Source: Ignavibacteriota bacterium
Lineage (GTDB): Bacteria; Bacteroidota; Ignavibacteria; Palsa-1295
DNA length: 64,000 nt
Direction: 5' to 3'
NCBI GenBank assembly: GCA_963787835.1
Contig: CAWBEI010000003.1
Span: 96,001 to 160,000 of the forward strand
Notes under the pieces: model-generated
The model's input: the letters and a program-made list of their open reading frames with translations, nothing else
What the model was told of the DNA's origin: nothing
Databases searched by the model: none
Position numbers and translations under genes: made by a program
In this document: piece after piece, positions 39,510 to 48,888 of the stretch
Position numbering within the stretch: the first letter of the stretch is position 1
Layout: each line of letters begins with the position of its first letter

Positions 39510-40067
39510 CTAAGAATTATTTTTATCCCGTTTGGCATTATTCTTGCTGGGGGGGGGTATAATTCCCAATCTCATAGCAGTCTCTCTTGCTTTTTTCTTG
39601 GCGTTCTCATATCTGTCATAAATCGCTTTTCGAGGTTTATCCTCGGTTCTAGCAATTTCATCGAATGTTTGTCCCTCATAATCAATAGATTTGATTATCT
39701 CCGAATATCTTTTGTGGATCTTCGCAAAAATTCGTTCGATAGCTTCCGCTGCTTCATAGCTCTCCGTTGCTCTATCGGGTTCCGCAGGTTCCACCACAAG
39801 ATCATCGAGATGTGTCACCCTGCTCTGCTTCCTGCGTTCTCGCTGGTAAAGTCGCTCAGCAGTCGAAAGAAGCCATGAAAATGGTTTTTCAGGTTTGCGA
39901 ATATTAAGAATTCTCTCACGATCTGAAAACTCAATTTGTGCGCCTTGCGTGGCATCTTCTATTGATGAAGGATCGGCATTAAAGTGTCTTTTTTGAAGTG
40001 CGCGAACAACACTTGGCCCTTTTGCCACCGCATTTGCGACAAGATTATTATACTCAGCCTCGGACAT
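39510..40067 (-). CDS. Divergent ECF-type sigma-70 factor
   Basis: IEDATQ and FSWLLSTAERL...RRK (region 2); EGQTFDEIAR...AIYDRYENAKKK (region 4); 185 aa. Confidence 0.78.
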   Translation of the reverse strand: MSEAEYNNLVANAVAKGPSVVRALQKRHFNADPSSIEDATQGAQIEFSDRERILNIRKPEKPFSWLLSTAERLYQRERRKQSRVTHLDDLVVEPAEPDRATESYEAAEAIERIFAKIHKRYSEIIKSIDYEGQTFDEIARTEDKPRKAIYDRYENAKKKARETAMRLGIIPPPSKNNAKRDKNNS

Positions 40068-40255
40068 GGTCTTCGAGCAATAATGTTAAGGATCACAGCA
40101 AACCGGAAAATTTCCTTGTAATCCAAAGACGAACGAAGTAATGAAAACAAAGGAAAACGGTTTTGTTCCTGCTTAATAATAAAATAATTTAAGCCTCTGT
40201 AATCGTCAACGAATTTGAAATCATCCGAAATCTGGAATGCATGGTCGCGCAAAAC

Positions 40256-40278
40256 GGACGTGCGCAGCACGTCCCTAC
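40256..40278 (-). repeat. Single GTAG-type REP-like hairpin
   Basis: Minus strand GTAG-GGACGTGC-TGC-GCACGTCC. Confidence 0.55.
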
Positions 40279-40356
40279 GGTTGTCGAATTTTCAAAAAAT
40301 AATTTCGGATATCCTTGCTTTTGGGTTTTGGGTGTCGTATATTAGGTGGTGAGATG

Positions 40357-40572
40357 ATAGGCACCTATATCAATTTTCAATTAAGAATTGAGAATTAAGA
40401 ATAGGGGCTTTAAGAGTTCATTGACAATCATTCGCTTGGCTTTCGTTATGAACGAGTTCTTCGTGAAAGCAAATTATCCACATTTGCCGGAGCAAGTGGC
40501 GAAATTAGCTCGGAATCGAGGGTGGGTCGGGAAATCACAAGAAAAAGAAATGGCACCTATTTCTTGGAGACA
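40357..40572 (-). repeat. Conserved ~220-bp non-coding element, copy B
   Basis: Reverse complement aligns end to end with 6498-6723. Confidence 0.88.
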
Positions 40573-40659
40573 TTGCAAACCATGACGCTCAACTTCACGG
40601 CATATTATTGGGCTTCTCCCACTCCACATGCTATCATATCGTAATTTTGCGATACATTC

Positions 40660-41367
40660 ATGCCACGCCCCGATTTCCATATCGAACATCTCAGCAAGAC
40701 GTACCAGATGGGCGAAGTGCTCGTCACGGCGCTGAAGGATGTTACGTTCGATCTGAAAGCGGGCGAACTCGTCGTTATTCTTGGCGCAAGCGGCAGCGGG
40801 AAATCCACGCTTCTCAACATTATCGGAGGGCTTGACACGCCTACCACCGGGTCTGTCAAGTATGGCGATCTTTCACTCACCACCGCTGTGGATAAAACGC
40901 TGACTATGTTCCGCCGTGCGCATATCGGGTTTGTGTTTCAGTTCTATAATCTGATTCCCAGCCTGACTGCGCTCGAAAACGTCCAGCTTGTAACGGATAT
41001 TGCGGCGAATCCCATGTCTGCCGAAGAAGCACTCAAGCGTGTTGGCCTGAGCGACAGGCTCTATCACTTCCCAGCCCAGCTTTCGGGCGGCGAACAGCAG
41101 CGCATAGCTATCGCGCGCGCCATCGCAAAACGTCCGGACATTCTGCTCTGCGATGAACCCACCGGCGCACTCGATTACACCACCGGCATCACCGTTCTGG
41201 AAACACTGGAACAAGTTCACAAGGAACTCGGAACGACAACGGTGATCATCACGCACAATTCCGCCATTGCGGAAATGGCGGACCGGGTGATCCACATGAG
41301 CAGCGGAGAAATTCTCGAGATAAAAGAGAACGCATCACGCGTATCACCCTCCGAGCTTCGCTGGTAA
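40660..41367 (+). CDS. ABC transporter ATP-binding protein (LolD/MacB-like)
   Basis: [26 protein letters not shown]. Confidence 0.95.
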   Translation: MPRPDFHIEHLSKTYQMGEVLVTALKDVTFDLKAGELVVILGASGSGKSTLLNIIGGLDTPTTGSVKYGDLSLTTAVDKTLTMFRRAHIGFVFQFYNLIPSLTALENVQLVTDIAANPMSAEEALKRVGLSDRLYHFPAQLSGGEQQRIAIARAIAKRPDILLCDEPTGALDYTTGITVLETLEQVHKELGTTTVIITHNSAIAEMADRVIHMSSGEILEIKENASRVSPSELRW

Positions 41368-41383
41368 ATATGAATGTATAGAA

Positions 41384-43750
41384 ATGCAGGCACTTCACCA
41401 CAAGCTTCTTCGCGACATCCTGCATTTGCGCGGTCAGGTAATGGCGGTTGCGGCAGTTGTCGCATGTGGAATTGCGGTGTTCGTACTCATGCGCAGCATG
41501 TTTGAAAGCCTCGAATACGAACAAAGCCATTTCTATGAAGAATACAATTTTGCCGATGTCTTTGCTTCGCTGAAAGAAGCGCCGCAATATGTGTCTGACC
41601 GGATTTCGGAGATCCCCGGAGTAAGTTCCGTTACCACGCGGCTTGTGTTCACCGTAACACTAAATGTTCCGGGACTCGATGAAGCCGCAACCGGACGTTT
41701 TGTCTCGCTTCCATTCTATGGCAAACCTACAATGAATGGCATTTTCCTTCGCGAAGGCCGTTTTCCGGAACCCTCCCGCGACGATGAAGCCATTGCAAAC
41801 GAGACGTTTATGAACGCAAACAAGCTGCATCTCGGCGATTCTGTTAGCGCAGTATTGAACGGCCGGTTGCAGGCATTTCGTATCGTGGGTGTTGGGCTTT
41901 CACCGGAATTTGTCTATGCCGTGAGCGGTGGAACTTCCATCTTCCCGGACGATAAACATTTTGGCGTATTCTGGGTCTCGCGAAAAGCGCTCGAACATGC
42001 CTTCGATATTACCGGCTCGTTCAACGATGTTACATTGCATCTTAGCCGCACCGCGAACAAGGCGGACGTCATTGCCGCGCTTGATCTTCTGCTTCGTCCG
42101 TATGGGAGTATTGGCTCGTATGACAGAACTCAGCAAATATCCCACCAATTCCTTCAGGCCAAGATCGATCAGTATAAATCCATGAGCGATTCGCTCCCGA
42201 TCTTGTTTCTCGCGGTTGCGGCGTTCTTAATTCACATTATCCTCACTCGACTGATAGCAACGGAACGCGAGCAGATCGCAGTGTTGAAAGCATTTGGCTA
42301 CACAAGCACACGCATTGCTATACATTACCTTGAATTTGCAATGGTTACCGTTCTCATCGGCGCATTCGCCGGAATTGTGCTTGGTGTTTGGGGTGGAAGT
42401 GGCGTGCTCGGTCTGCTCCTGAAATACTTCCATTTCCCGACACTGATATTCCATCTCGATGTTTCAACCTTTTTCTTTTCCTTTGGGGTGACGGCGATCG
42501 CGTCGCTCTTGGGCGCTCTTAATTCTGTTCGTGCAGCCGTGAAATTGCCGCCTGCGGAAGCAATGCGTCCCGAAGCCCCTGCACTATTCAAGCAGGGATT
42601 TTTCGAACACCTTGGTGTCCAGCGTATTCTCTCAACAAGCGGCAGAATGGCGCTAAGGGATTTCGAACGAAAACCCATAAAATCTCTGCTCTCGATGGTA
42701 ACCATCGCCTTTGCGGTCGCATTGCTTATCGCGGGTGGTGAAATGAATGATTCGATCCGCGATATCGTGACCATCGAGTTTTTTAGCGCCCGGCATGACG
42801 ATCTTTCCGTCGGGTTTCGGGTTCCGAGGCCAGAAGATGCCCGGTACGACCTTTCCAGGATGCCGGGTGTGCTTCGTGTGGAGGGTTCCCGAACCGTCCC
42901 TGTGGATCTCTCGCTCGGTTCTCGAAAAAAAAGGCTTGCTATCCAGGGACTTGATCGTATGGGAACCCTGCGACAGCTTGTCGATGCTAAACGAAGGATC
43001 CATGCGATTCCCCTTCGCGGTCTCGCGCTCACCTCCTATCTTGCACACGAATTGCATGCAAACGTCGGCGACACACTGCGAGTCGAAGTGCTCGAAGGCC
43101 ATCAGCGAACCACGCAGATGATCGTCGAAGACACGATTGACGAACTCCTTGGCATCTCTGCCTATATGGACATTGCGAATATCGGCCTGTTAACGGGTGA
43201 AGACCAGGATTATTCGGAAGCCCAGCTAACGATCGACCCCAGATCCGGCCCGGCAATTCAGCACGCGCTCGAAAATATGCCGCTCGTGACCGGAGTCTCA
43301 CTCCGCACCGGAATGATCGACGATTATCAGAAAACGCTTGCGGATAGTATGCTTACCCTCAACCTTGTCTTCATCCTGTTTGCGAGCGTCCTTGCGTTTG
43401 GGGTTGTCTATAATAGTGGGCGCATCACGCTGAGCGAGCGCGGGCGGGAATTTGCAAGCTTGCGCGTGCTCGGGTTCACAAAGCGCGAAGTAGCCATGAT
43501 CATGATCGGGCAGCAGACCGCGATCGTCCTGCTCGGAATGCCGCTCGGCTTCGCGATCGGGTACCTTCTCAACAAAGGGCTCGGCGGAGCGTATGCGTCC
43601 GAACTCTTTCGCCTGCCATTCGAATTCTCCTCGCAATCGCTCGGTTATGCCGCGATCGTTGTTCTTGCTGCAGGTATCGTATCGAATATTTTTATTATCC
43701 GAAGAATTTATCAGCTCGATATCATTGAAGTACTAAAGACCCGCGAGTAA
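41384..43750 (+). CDS. ABC transporter permease (FtsX-like, duplicated)
   Basis: EREQIAVLKAFGY and ERGREFASLRVLGF; two MacB-like halves. Confidence 0.92.
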   Translation: MQALHHKLLRDILHLRGQVMAVAAVVACGIAVFVLMRSMFESLEYEQSHFYEEYNFADVFASLKEAPQYVSDRISEIPGVSSVTTRLVFTVTLNVPGLDEAATGRFVSLPFYGKPTMNGIFLREGRFPEPSRDDEAIANETFMNANKLHLGDSVSAVLNGRLQAFRIVGVGLSPEFVYAVSGGTSIFPDDKHFGVFWVSRKALEHAFDITGSFNDVTLHLSRTANKADVIAALDLLLRPYGSIGSYDRTQQISHQFLQAKIDQYKSMSDSLPILFLAVAAFLIHIILTRLIATEREQIAVLKAFGYTSTRIAIHYLEFAMVTVLIGAFAGIVLGVWGGSGVLGLLLKYFHFPTLIFHLDVSTFFFSFGVTAIASLLGALNSVRAAVKLPPAEAMRPEAPALFKQGFFEHLGVQRILSTSGRMALRDFERKPIKSLLSMVTIAFAVALLIAGGEMNDSIRDIVTIEFFSARHDDLSVGFRVPRPEDARYDLSRMPGVLRVEGSRTVPVDLSLGSRKKRLAIQGLDRMGTLRQLVDAKRRIHAIPLRGLALTSYLAHELHANVGDTLRVEVLEGHQRTTQMIVEDTIDELLGISAYMDIANIGLLTGEDQDYSEAQLTIDPRSGPAIQHALENMPLVTGVSLRTGMIDDYQKTLADSMLTLNLVFILFASVLAFGVVYNSGRITLSERGREFASLRVLGFTKREVAMIMIGQQTAIVLLGMPLGFAIGYLLNKGLGGAYASELFRLPFEFSSQSLGYAAIVVLAAGIVSNIFIIRRIYQLDIIEVLKTRE

Positions 43751-43758
43751 ACATCGAA

Positions 43759-44934
43759 ATGAAAAAGCGCTATTCGAAATATGTCCTTTGGAGTATCACG
43801 ATCTTGTTTGTGGTAGGGATGCTTGTGCTTGCGCTGATTCCCAAGCGCGTACCGGTCATCGGAGCGAGCGTCGTTCGCGGCTCATTAGTCGAAACGATCA
43901 CTGCTGAGGGTACTACGCGTTATCATGACACGTACTTAATAGCCGCTCCAATTGCTGGACTTCTCACTCGAACAGAATTTGAGGTTGGCGCTCGGCTGCA
44001 TAATGGCGAGATACTTGCTAACATCCTTCCACCGGAACTTGATCGCCGGCAAACGGATGAGCTTCAAGCGCGGCTCGAATCCGCTGAAGCATTGGATAAG
44101 CAAGCTCAAACTCAAATCTTTAATGCGCAGACAACACTCCTTCAGGCGACAAAAGACGAAGCAAGATCGAGATCTCTTTTCAGCGCAGGTGCAACACCAC
44201 GCACACAGTTGGAACATGATTCCGATGCCGCCGAACAAGCGCGGCAGGATGCGCAGGCTGCCGAAGCCAGGGAACGGTTTGCACACCACGACGCTGATGC
44301 CATACGAGCCTCGATGATGAATCGAGAAAAAGGAACGTATATTCCCCTTCTATCACCCATCGATGGAGTATTGCTTGATGTGTATGAAAAGAATTCCAGA
44401 GAAGTCGCGGCAAGTACCCCGCTATTCAATATTGGGGATACTACTAGGCAGGAAGTTGTCATCGATCTGTTATCGAGCGATGCACCGCGCGTTCACATCG
44501 GTGATTCCGTACTGGTATCGGTTCCTGGACTTGATAGAAAGCTTCATGCCACTATTCGCCTTATCGAACCGGATGCGTATATCAAAATATCCCCGCTCGG
44601 AATCGAGGAAAAGCGAGTGAATGTGATAGCTGCTTTGCATGATCGTGCATCTGAACTCGGCTCAACATATCGCGTGGACGCAACATTGGTGTTGTGGACT
44701 GGCGAGAACGTTCTTAAAGTCCCGATCGGCGCGCTATTCCGCGATGGAAAGGATTGGGCTGTTTGGATCGTCCGCGATGGCAAAGCCCACGAACAGAGAA
44801 TAACCATCGGCCATCTGAATGATGCGGAAGCAGAAGTCCTGACCGGACTCAAAAAAGGCGATGGGGTGATCGTGCACCCCAGCAATGATGTGATCGAGGG
44901 TGTGAATGTCTCCGTTGCCTCAATGAATCAATAA
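43759..44934 (+). CDS. Efflux periplasmic adaptor (HlyD/MacA family)
   Basis: N-terminal TM, APIAG/SPIDG lipoyl halves flanking a coiled coil, EVLTGLKKGD. Confidence 0.9.
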   Translation: MKKRYSKYVLWSITILFVVGMLVLALIPKRVPVIGASVVRGSLVETITAEGTTRYHDTYLIAAPIAGLLTRTEFEVGARLHNGEILANILPPELDRRQTDELQARLESAEALDKQAQTQIFNAQTTLLQATKDEARSRSLFSAGATPRTQLEHDSDAAEQARQDAQAAEARERFAHHDADAIRASMMNREKGTYIPLLSPIDGVLLDVYEKNSREVAASTPLFNIGDTTRQEVVIDLLSSDAPRVHIGDSVLVSVPGLDRKLHATIRLIEPDAYIKISPLGIEEKRVNVIAALHDRASELGSTYRVDATLVLWTGENVLKVPIGALFRDGKDWAVWIVRDGKAHEQRITIGHLNDAEAEVLTGLKKGDGVIVHPSNDVIEGVNVSVASMNQ

Positions 44935-44990
44935 ACACTCCTCTTTTGTGTCATGCGAACCCGTTTTGCTTCAATCGTGGTTAACGGTGC

Positions 44991-45890
44991 GTGACATCAA
45001 CCACAACGAACTGCCCAGTCTGCGGAAATGCTGAATCCAAGGCGTTTCCCATGTACTATTTCCTTAAAGAGAAGCGCTTCGATGCACGGAAGTGTATGCG
45101 CTGCGGATTCATCTTCCTCGACCCACGACCAACCGAGGACGATCTTCGCCTCATGTACAGCGATGAATATTTCCTGTTCGATGGGGCGGATTTCGGCGCT
45201 CATGCCTCCACTGATTATGAGACCGCTGCGATCAAAGGTTCTGTAAAATTCCCAGCCATTCTCGGCGCAATTCAAAAATGCAAGCCCAACGGAAAATTCT
45301 TCGAGATAGGTTGCGGCATGGGATATTTCTTGAATTATGCAAAAATGCATGGTTACGATGCCAGCGGAATCGAGTTTGCAGCATTAGGCACAGAAACCTG
45401 CCGGACAAGATTTGGACTCGATGTTACACAAAGCTCATTCGAAGCATGGAATGCTTCGCCCAACGCCTACGATGTGATCTTCATGGGTGATGTGCTCGAA
45501 CATTTCGTCGATCCTCTTCCAATGCTGAAAAAGGCTCATGCCATGCTCAAGCCTTCAGGCGTAGTGGCTGTTGAAGTTCCAGCAGTCTTTAATTCCCTTA
45601 TCGGGCGCGCCGCAGCGATCGGGCTACAACTACTTGGCAAACCGCGCAAAATGCAGATGCCTCCCTATCACGTCAACGAATTCACACCGGCCACGCTCCG
45701 CAAAATTCTGGAGAACGCCGGATATTCGAATATCAAGATCATTCAACGCATAAAGCCGCCCTCGACCATTACATTACGCGGAAGCGCATTCGATAAAGCT
45801 ATAAAGAAATCGCTACAATTCCCAAACTACTTCATTACCAAAACGTTTGGTGTTTTCGGCGATCGCATGCTGGGGATCGGTGTGAAATAG
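44991..45890 (+). CDS. Class I SAM-dependent methyltransferase with N-terminal Zn ribbon
   Basis: CPVC...CMRC, EIGCGMG, DVLEHFVDP. Confidence 0.88.
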   Translation: MTSTTTNCPVCGNAESKAFPMYYFLKEKRFDARKCMRCGFIFLDPRPTEDDLRLMYSDEYFLFDGADFGAHASTDYETAAIKGSVKFPAILGAIQKCKPNGKFFEIGCGMGYFLNYAKMHGYDASGIEFAALGTETCRTRFGLDVTQSSFEAWNASPNAYDVIFMGDVLEHFVDPLPMLKKAHAMLKPSGVVAVEVPAVFNSLIGRAAAIGLQLLGKPRKMQMPPYHVNEFTPATLRKILENAGYSNIKIIQRIKPPSTITLRGSAFDKAIKKSLQFPNYFITKTFGVFGDRMLGIGVK

Positions 45891-45894
45891 TCTA

Positions 45895-46473
45895 TTATGG
45901 CAATTTCGCAAATGTGAAATCATCCACGGTATTCGGGTTCCCATGGACAATCGCTAATCCACTGGAAACTTCGAGCGTAACCGTATCGGTAGGGATCAAG
46001 GTTAGCGTATCGAACATAGTGTGAGGAAACCATGTGAGGCTATCTTGAACGGAATCCGATCGAATGGTTGCTACACCACCACTTTTTTTGGTGATCGAAA
46101 TCCAAGCGGGATGAAAAATGCTGTCAGGAAACACATACTTGGTGTGTGACCACAGCGTAAATTCATACACACCTGAAGTAAGATTAGTAAAGCTTCTGGT
46201 AATATTATCCGATTGAGTGGGAAAATCAACCGAGTGGATCTTGAATCCCCAGGTTCCAACTCCCGGAGGCGCATCCTGTTCAAAATCGACGGTATCTAAA
46301 GAGTGTTGGAATGACCAGCCATTGAACCCATGCGTTCCAGCAGAATCAAACGTGAGATTCTTCATTAAGAATGTTGTATCCGACGTATTCGAGTTGACAG
46401 GTGTGGTGCTGCTCTTGCAAGAGGATAGCAAAAGAACGGCGGGTCCAGCAACGAGGAGGAGATATTTGGTCAT
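45895..46473 (-). CDS. Lipoprotein, carbohydrate-binding-module-like (paralog 2)
   Basis: Lipobox LSSC; FNGW...SGVYEFTLW...DDFTFAKL; similar to the adjacent gene. Confidence 0.7.
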   Translation of the reverse strand: MTKYLLLVAGPAVLLLSSCKSSTTPVNSNTSDTTFLMKNLTFDSAGTHGFNGWSFQHSLDTVDFEQDAPPGVGTWGFKIHSVDFPTQSDNITRSFTNLTSGVYEFTLWSHTKYVFPDSIFHPAWISITKKSGGVATIRSDSVQDSLTWFPHTMFDTLTLIPTDTVTLEVSSGLAIVHGNPNTVDDFTFAKLP

Positions 46474-46498
46474 GGTCAGGTTTCTCGTCATCAAAAAA

Positions 46499-47131
46499 TT
46501 AGTGTAGCTTCTTGAAGGTAATATCATCATACCAATAGGGATTGCCGTGGCAACTGCTGTCGCACATTCCCGACGCGATCGTGAGCGCAACCGTGTCCGA
46601 AGGCAGGAGGGTGAGTGTATCGAGCACGGTAACGGGATTCCAATCAGTGCTATCGCCGGCGGAAACGCTCGTAGTATCCAGTAGGCCGCCGCTGTGCTTA
46701 ACGATCCCAACCCACCCGACAGGATTATATCCTTGCACCGAATCGAGAACCTTCTTCATTCTGAGCCAAACCGTGAGCGAATAGACGCCGCTCGAACAGT
46801 GTATAAAACTTTTGGTCACATTATTCGTGATGGGTGGCACATCGCTTTTACGCAACGATATGGACCACGCAGCAGTATCGCCGGGAGGAACATAATTCCC
46901 TGAACTGGCGCCGTAAAATGTGATCGTATCACCCGGAATAGAAGGATGAAACACCCAGCCATTCAGCGAAGGCAACCCGTTCACATCGAAATTCTCGTTA
47001 TTCGGGAAAGACGTGCTATCAAAGACAGTCGTGGGGACGCTCGTCGTGTTGGGAGGACTGGTGCTCTTACTACAGGCTGCCAATAATACGGATCCGAGGG
47101 TGAGAAATATCAGGGTAAGCTTGGTCATCAA
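46499..47131 (-). CDS. Lipoprotein, carbohydrate-binding-module-like (paralog 1)
   Basis: Lipobox LAAC; LNGW...SGVYSLTVW...DDITFKKL. Confidence 0.72.
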   Translation of the reverse strand: MMTKLTLIFLTLGSVLLAACSKSTSPPNTTSVPTTVFDSTSFPNNENFDVNGLPSLNGWVFHPSIPGDTITFYGASSGNYVPPGDTAAWSISLRKSDVPPITNNVTKSFIHCSSGVYSLTVWLRMKKVLDSVQGYNPVGWVGIVKHSGGLLDTTSVSAGDSTDWNPVTVLDTLTLLPSDTVALTIASGMCDSSCHGNPYWYDDITFKKLH

Positions 47132-47423
47132 AACTTCACAGGGAATAGACGGTAATTTAACGTGAGGCTAGTGCCGTAGGTTCACTCTCCTTCAAGGGTT
47201 AGTAACCTCGATAAATCGATGCCTTGCCTAAAGAAAGAATAGTGTGGGTTGAGTGCCGCAACCTTTGTGTCTGCAAAGTGTTCTCAACAGAGTAAAATTC
47301 TTGTAAAATGGTCAAATCAATTCGTGTTAATTTGCAAGTATTTTACCCGTCGTAGTTTGGTGTTTTTCAAATGAATCTAAGAAAGTGAGTACATTATGCA
47401 AAAGGTCAGTGTCTAGTCAGTTC

Positions 47424-48875
47424 ATGTTACCATCTCGAATTGTAACCCGTGTTCGTCGCGCTATTCCATTCTTACTGCTTCCTGCTGTATTGTTGGCTTT
47501 CGTGAGCGTTGTCGCGTTCCGAACACCGGCAACCCATTCGTTCCCCCCTCAGACCCTTAGCGACCCATTACAACTTCCTACTGGGTGGGAAATGCCTCCG
47601 GTTCCTGCCGGCAATCCCATCACGAATGAGAAGTTTGTGCTTGGCCGCCAATTATTCTATGAAATTGCCCTCAGTGGCGATGGAAAAACCTCATGCGGCA
47701 CCTGCCACAATTCGTATCTAAGTTTTGCTGCACGAGGATCTCACGCAGGAGCTTTCGGAGATACTTCGAAACCCGCCCGCATGGTTCCCAGACTTATAAA
47801 TGTTGCGTATGACACCATACTCACGTGGGATGGTCATATCCAGACGCTGGAACAGCAAGTTCAAATAGCGGTTCAAAAGAAGGGCGATCTTCAAGGCGAT
47901 ACGAGCGTTGCTTTTAGCAAACTTGCAAGTAACCCGGCCTATGCGGCCCTCTTTACTCAGGCCTTCGGGGACCCCGCAATCACATTGGATCGTGTTGCAA
48001 AAGCCATTGCGACCTTTGAGCGTTGCCTAATCAGTGGCAATAGTCCCTACGATCAATATTTAAATGGAGATACGCTGGCTATGTCCTCTTCCGCAATTCG
48101 CGGTATGAATCTTTTCTTCAATACTTCTCAGACCAATTGCACCGATTGTCATAATAACCTCGGTTCAAAAACGCCGAATGTACAAGGCAATATCTTTTCC
48201 GATAATAATTATTATCGCACCGGCACGTTCGAATCGTCTGCTCCGGGAGGAGGATACGGCATCGATACCACAGCGGATTCGCTTTTTTCCAACCTTGATC
48301 CAGGCCGTGAGGCAGTCACGCACGATTCGATCGATATTGGAAAGTTCCGCACTCCCACACTGAGGAACGTGGCACTAACGCCGCCATTTGGTGCGGACGG
48401 TACCGTCTTTAGCCTTGCGCAAGTGCTTGAAAATTATAATATGGGTGGTAGTAGTCGAAGCAATACCAAAATACCTAACCAAGATCCAAGGATCAAGCCA
48501 CTCGGTCTCGATAGCGGCGAATTGCTGGATCTCGAAGCATTTCTCAATAGCCTGACCGATCTTTCCTTTATTTCAAATCCTGCATTTCAGGATCCCGGAG
48601 CACCTGCGGTAGTAGAGGACGGCCATGTGATCTCCGGTAATCTTTCTGTTTATCCGAATCCTGCTTCGGGTTTTGTTAATGTGGAATGCCCAGATTTTAC
48701 CAGCGCTACCGAAGCCACTCTGATCTCCGAACGCGGCGCGACAGTGTGGCGGCAAACACTTAATGCTGATGGCAAACTGCGGCTCGATCTCTCCGGCATT
48801 TCGAACGGCTCGTATCGCCTCATACTGCGTTCCGGCGGGGTGTGGCAATCCGTACCGATCATTCTCCAACGGTAA
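47424..48875 (+). CDS. Di-haem cytochrome c peroxidase/MauG-family protein with T9SS CTD
   Basis: LGRQLFY, CGTCH, WDG, CTDCH, FRTPTLRNVALT; YPNPA CTD. Confidence 0.88.
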   Translation: MLPSRIVTRVRRAIPFLLLPAVLLAFVSVVAFRTPATHSFPPQTLSDPLQLPTGWEMPPVPAGNPITNEKFVLGRQLFYEIALSGDGKTSCGTCHNSYLSFAARGSHAGAFGDTSKPARMVPRLINVAYDTILTWDGHIQTLEQQVQIAVQKKGDLQGDTSVAFSKLASNPAYAALFTQAFGDPAITLDRVAKAIATFERCLISGNSPYDQYLNGDTLAMSSSAIRGMNLFFNTSQTNCTDCHNNLGSKTPNVQGNIFSDNNYYRTGTFESSAPGGGYGIDTTADSLFSNLDPGREAVTHDSIDIGKFRTPTLRNVALTPPFGADGTVFSLAQVLENYNMGGSSRSNTKIPNQDPRIKPLGLDSGELLDLEAFLNSLTDLSFISNPAFQDPGAPAVVEDGHVISGNLSVYPNPASGFVNVECPDFTSATEATLISERGATVWRQTLNADGKLRLDLSGISNGSYRLILRSGGVWQSVPIILQR

Positions 48876-48888
48876 GGCGCCGCAAATC

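Noticed and set aside
39959-40270. 103-aa minus-strand ORF upstream of the ECF sigma
   Set aside because: Overlaps the sigma gene, starts within a REP-like hairpin and has no recognisable motif.
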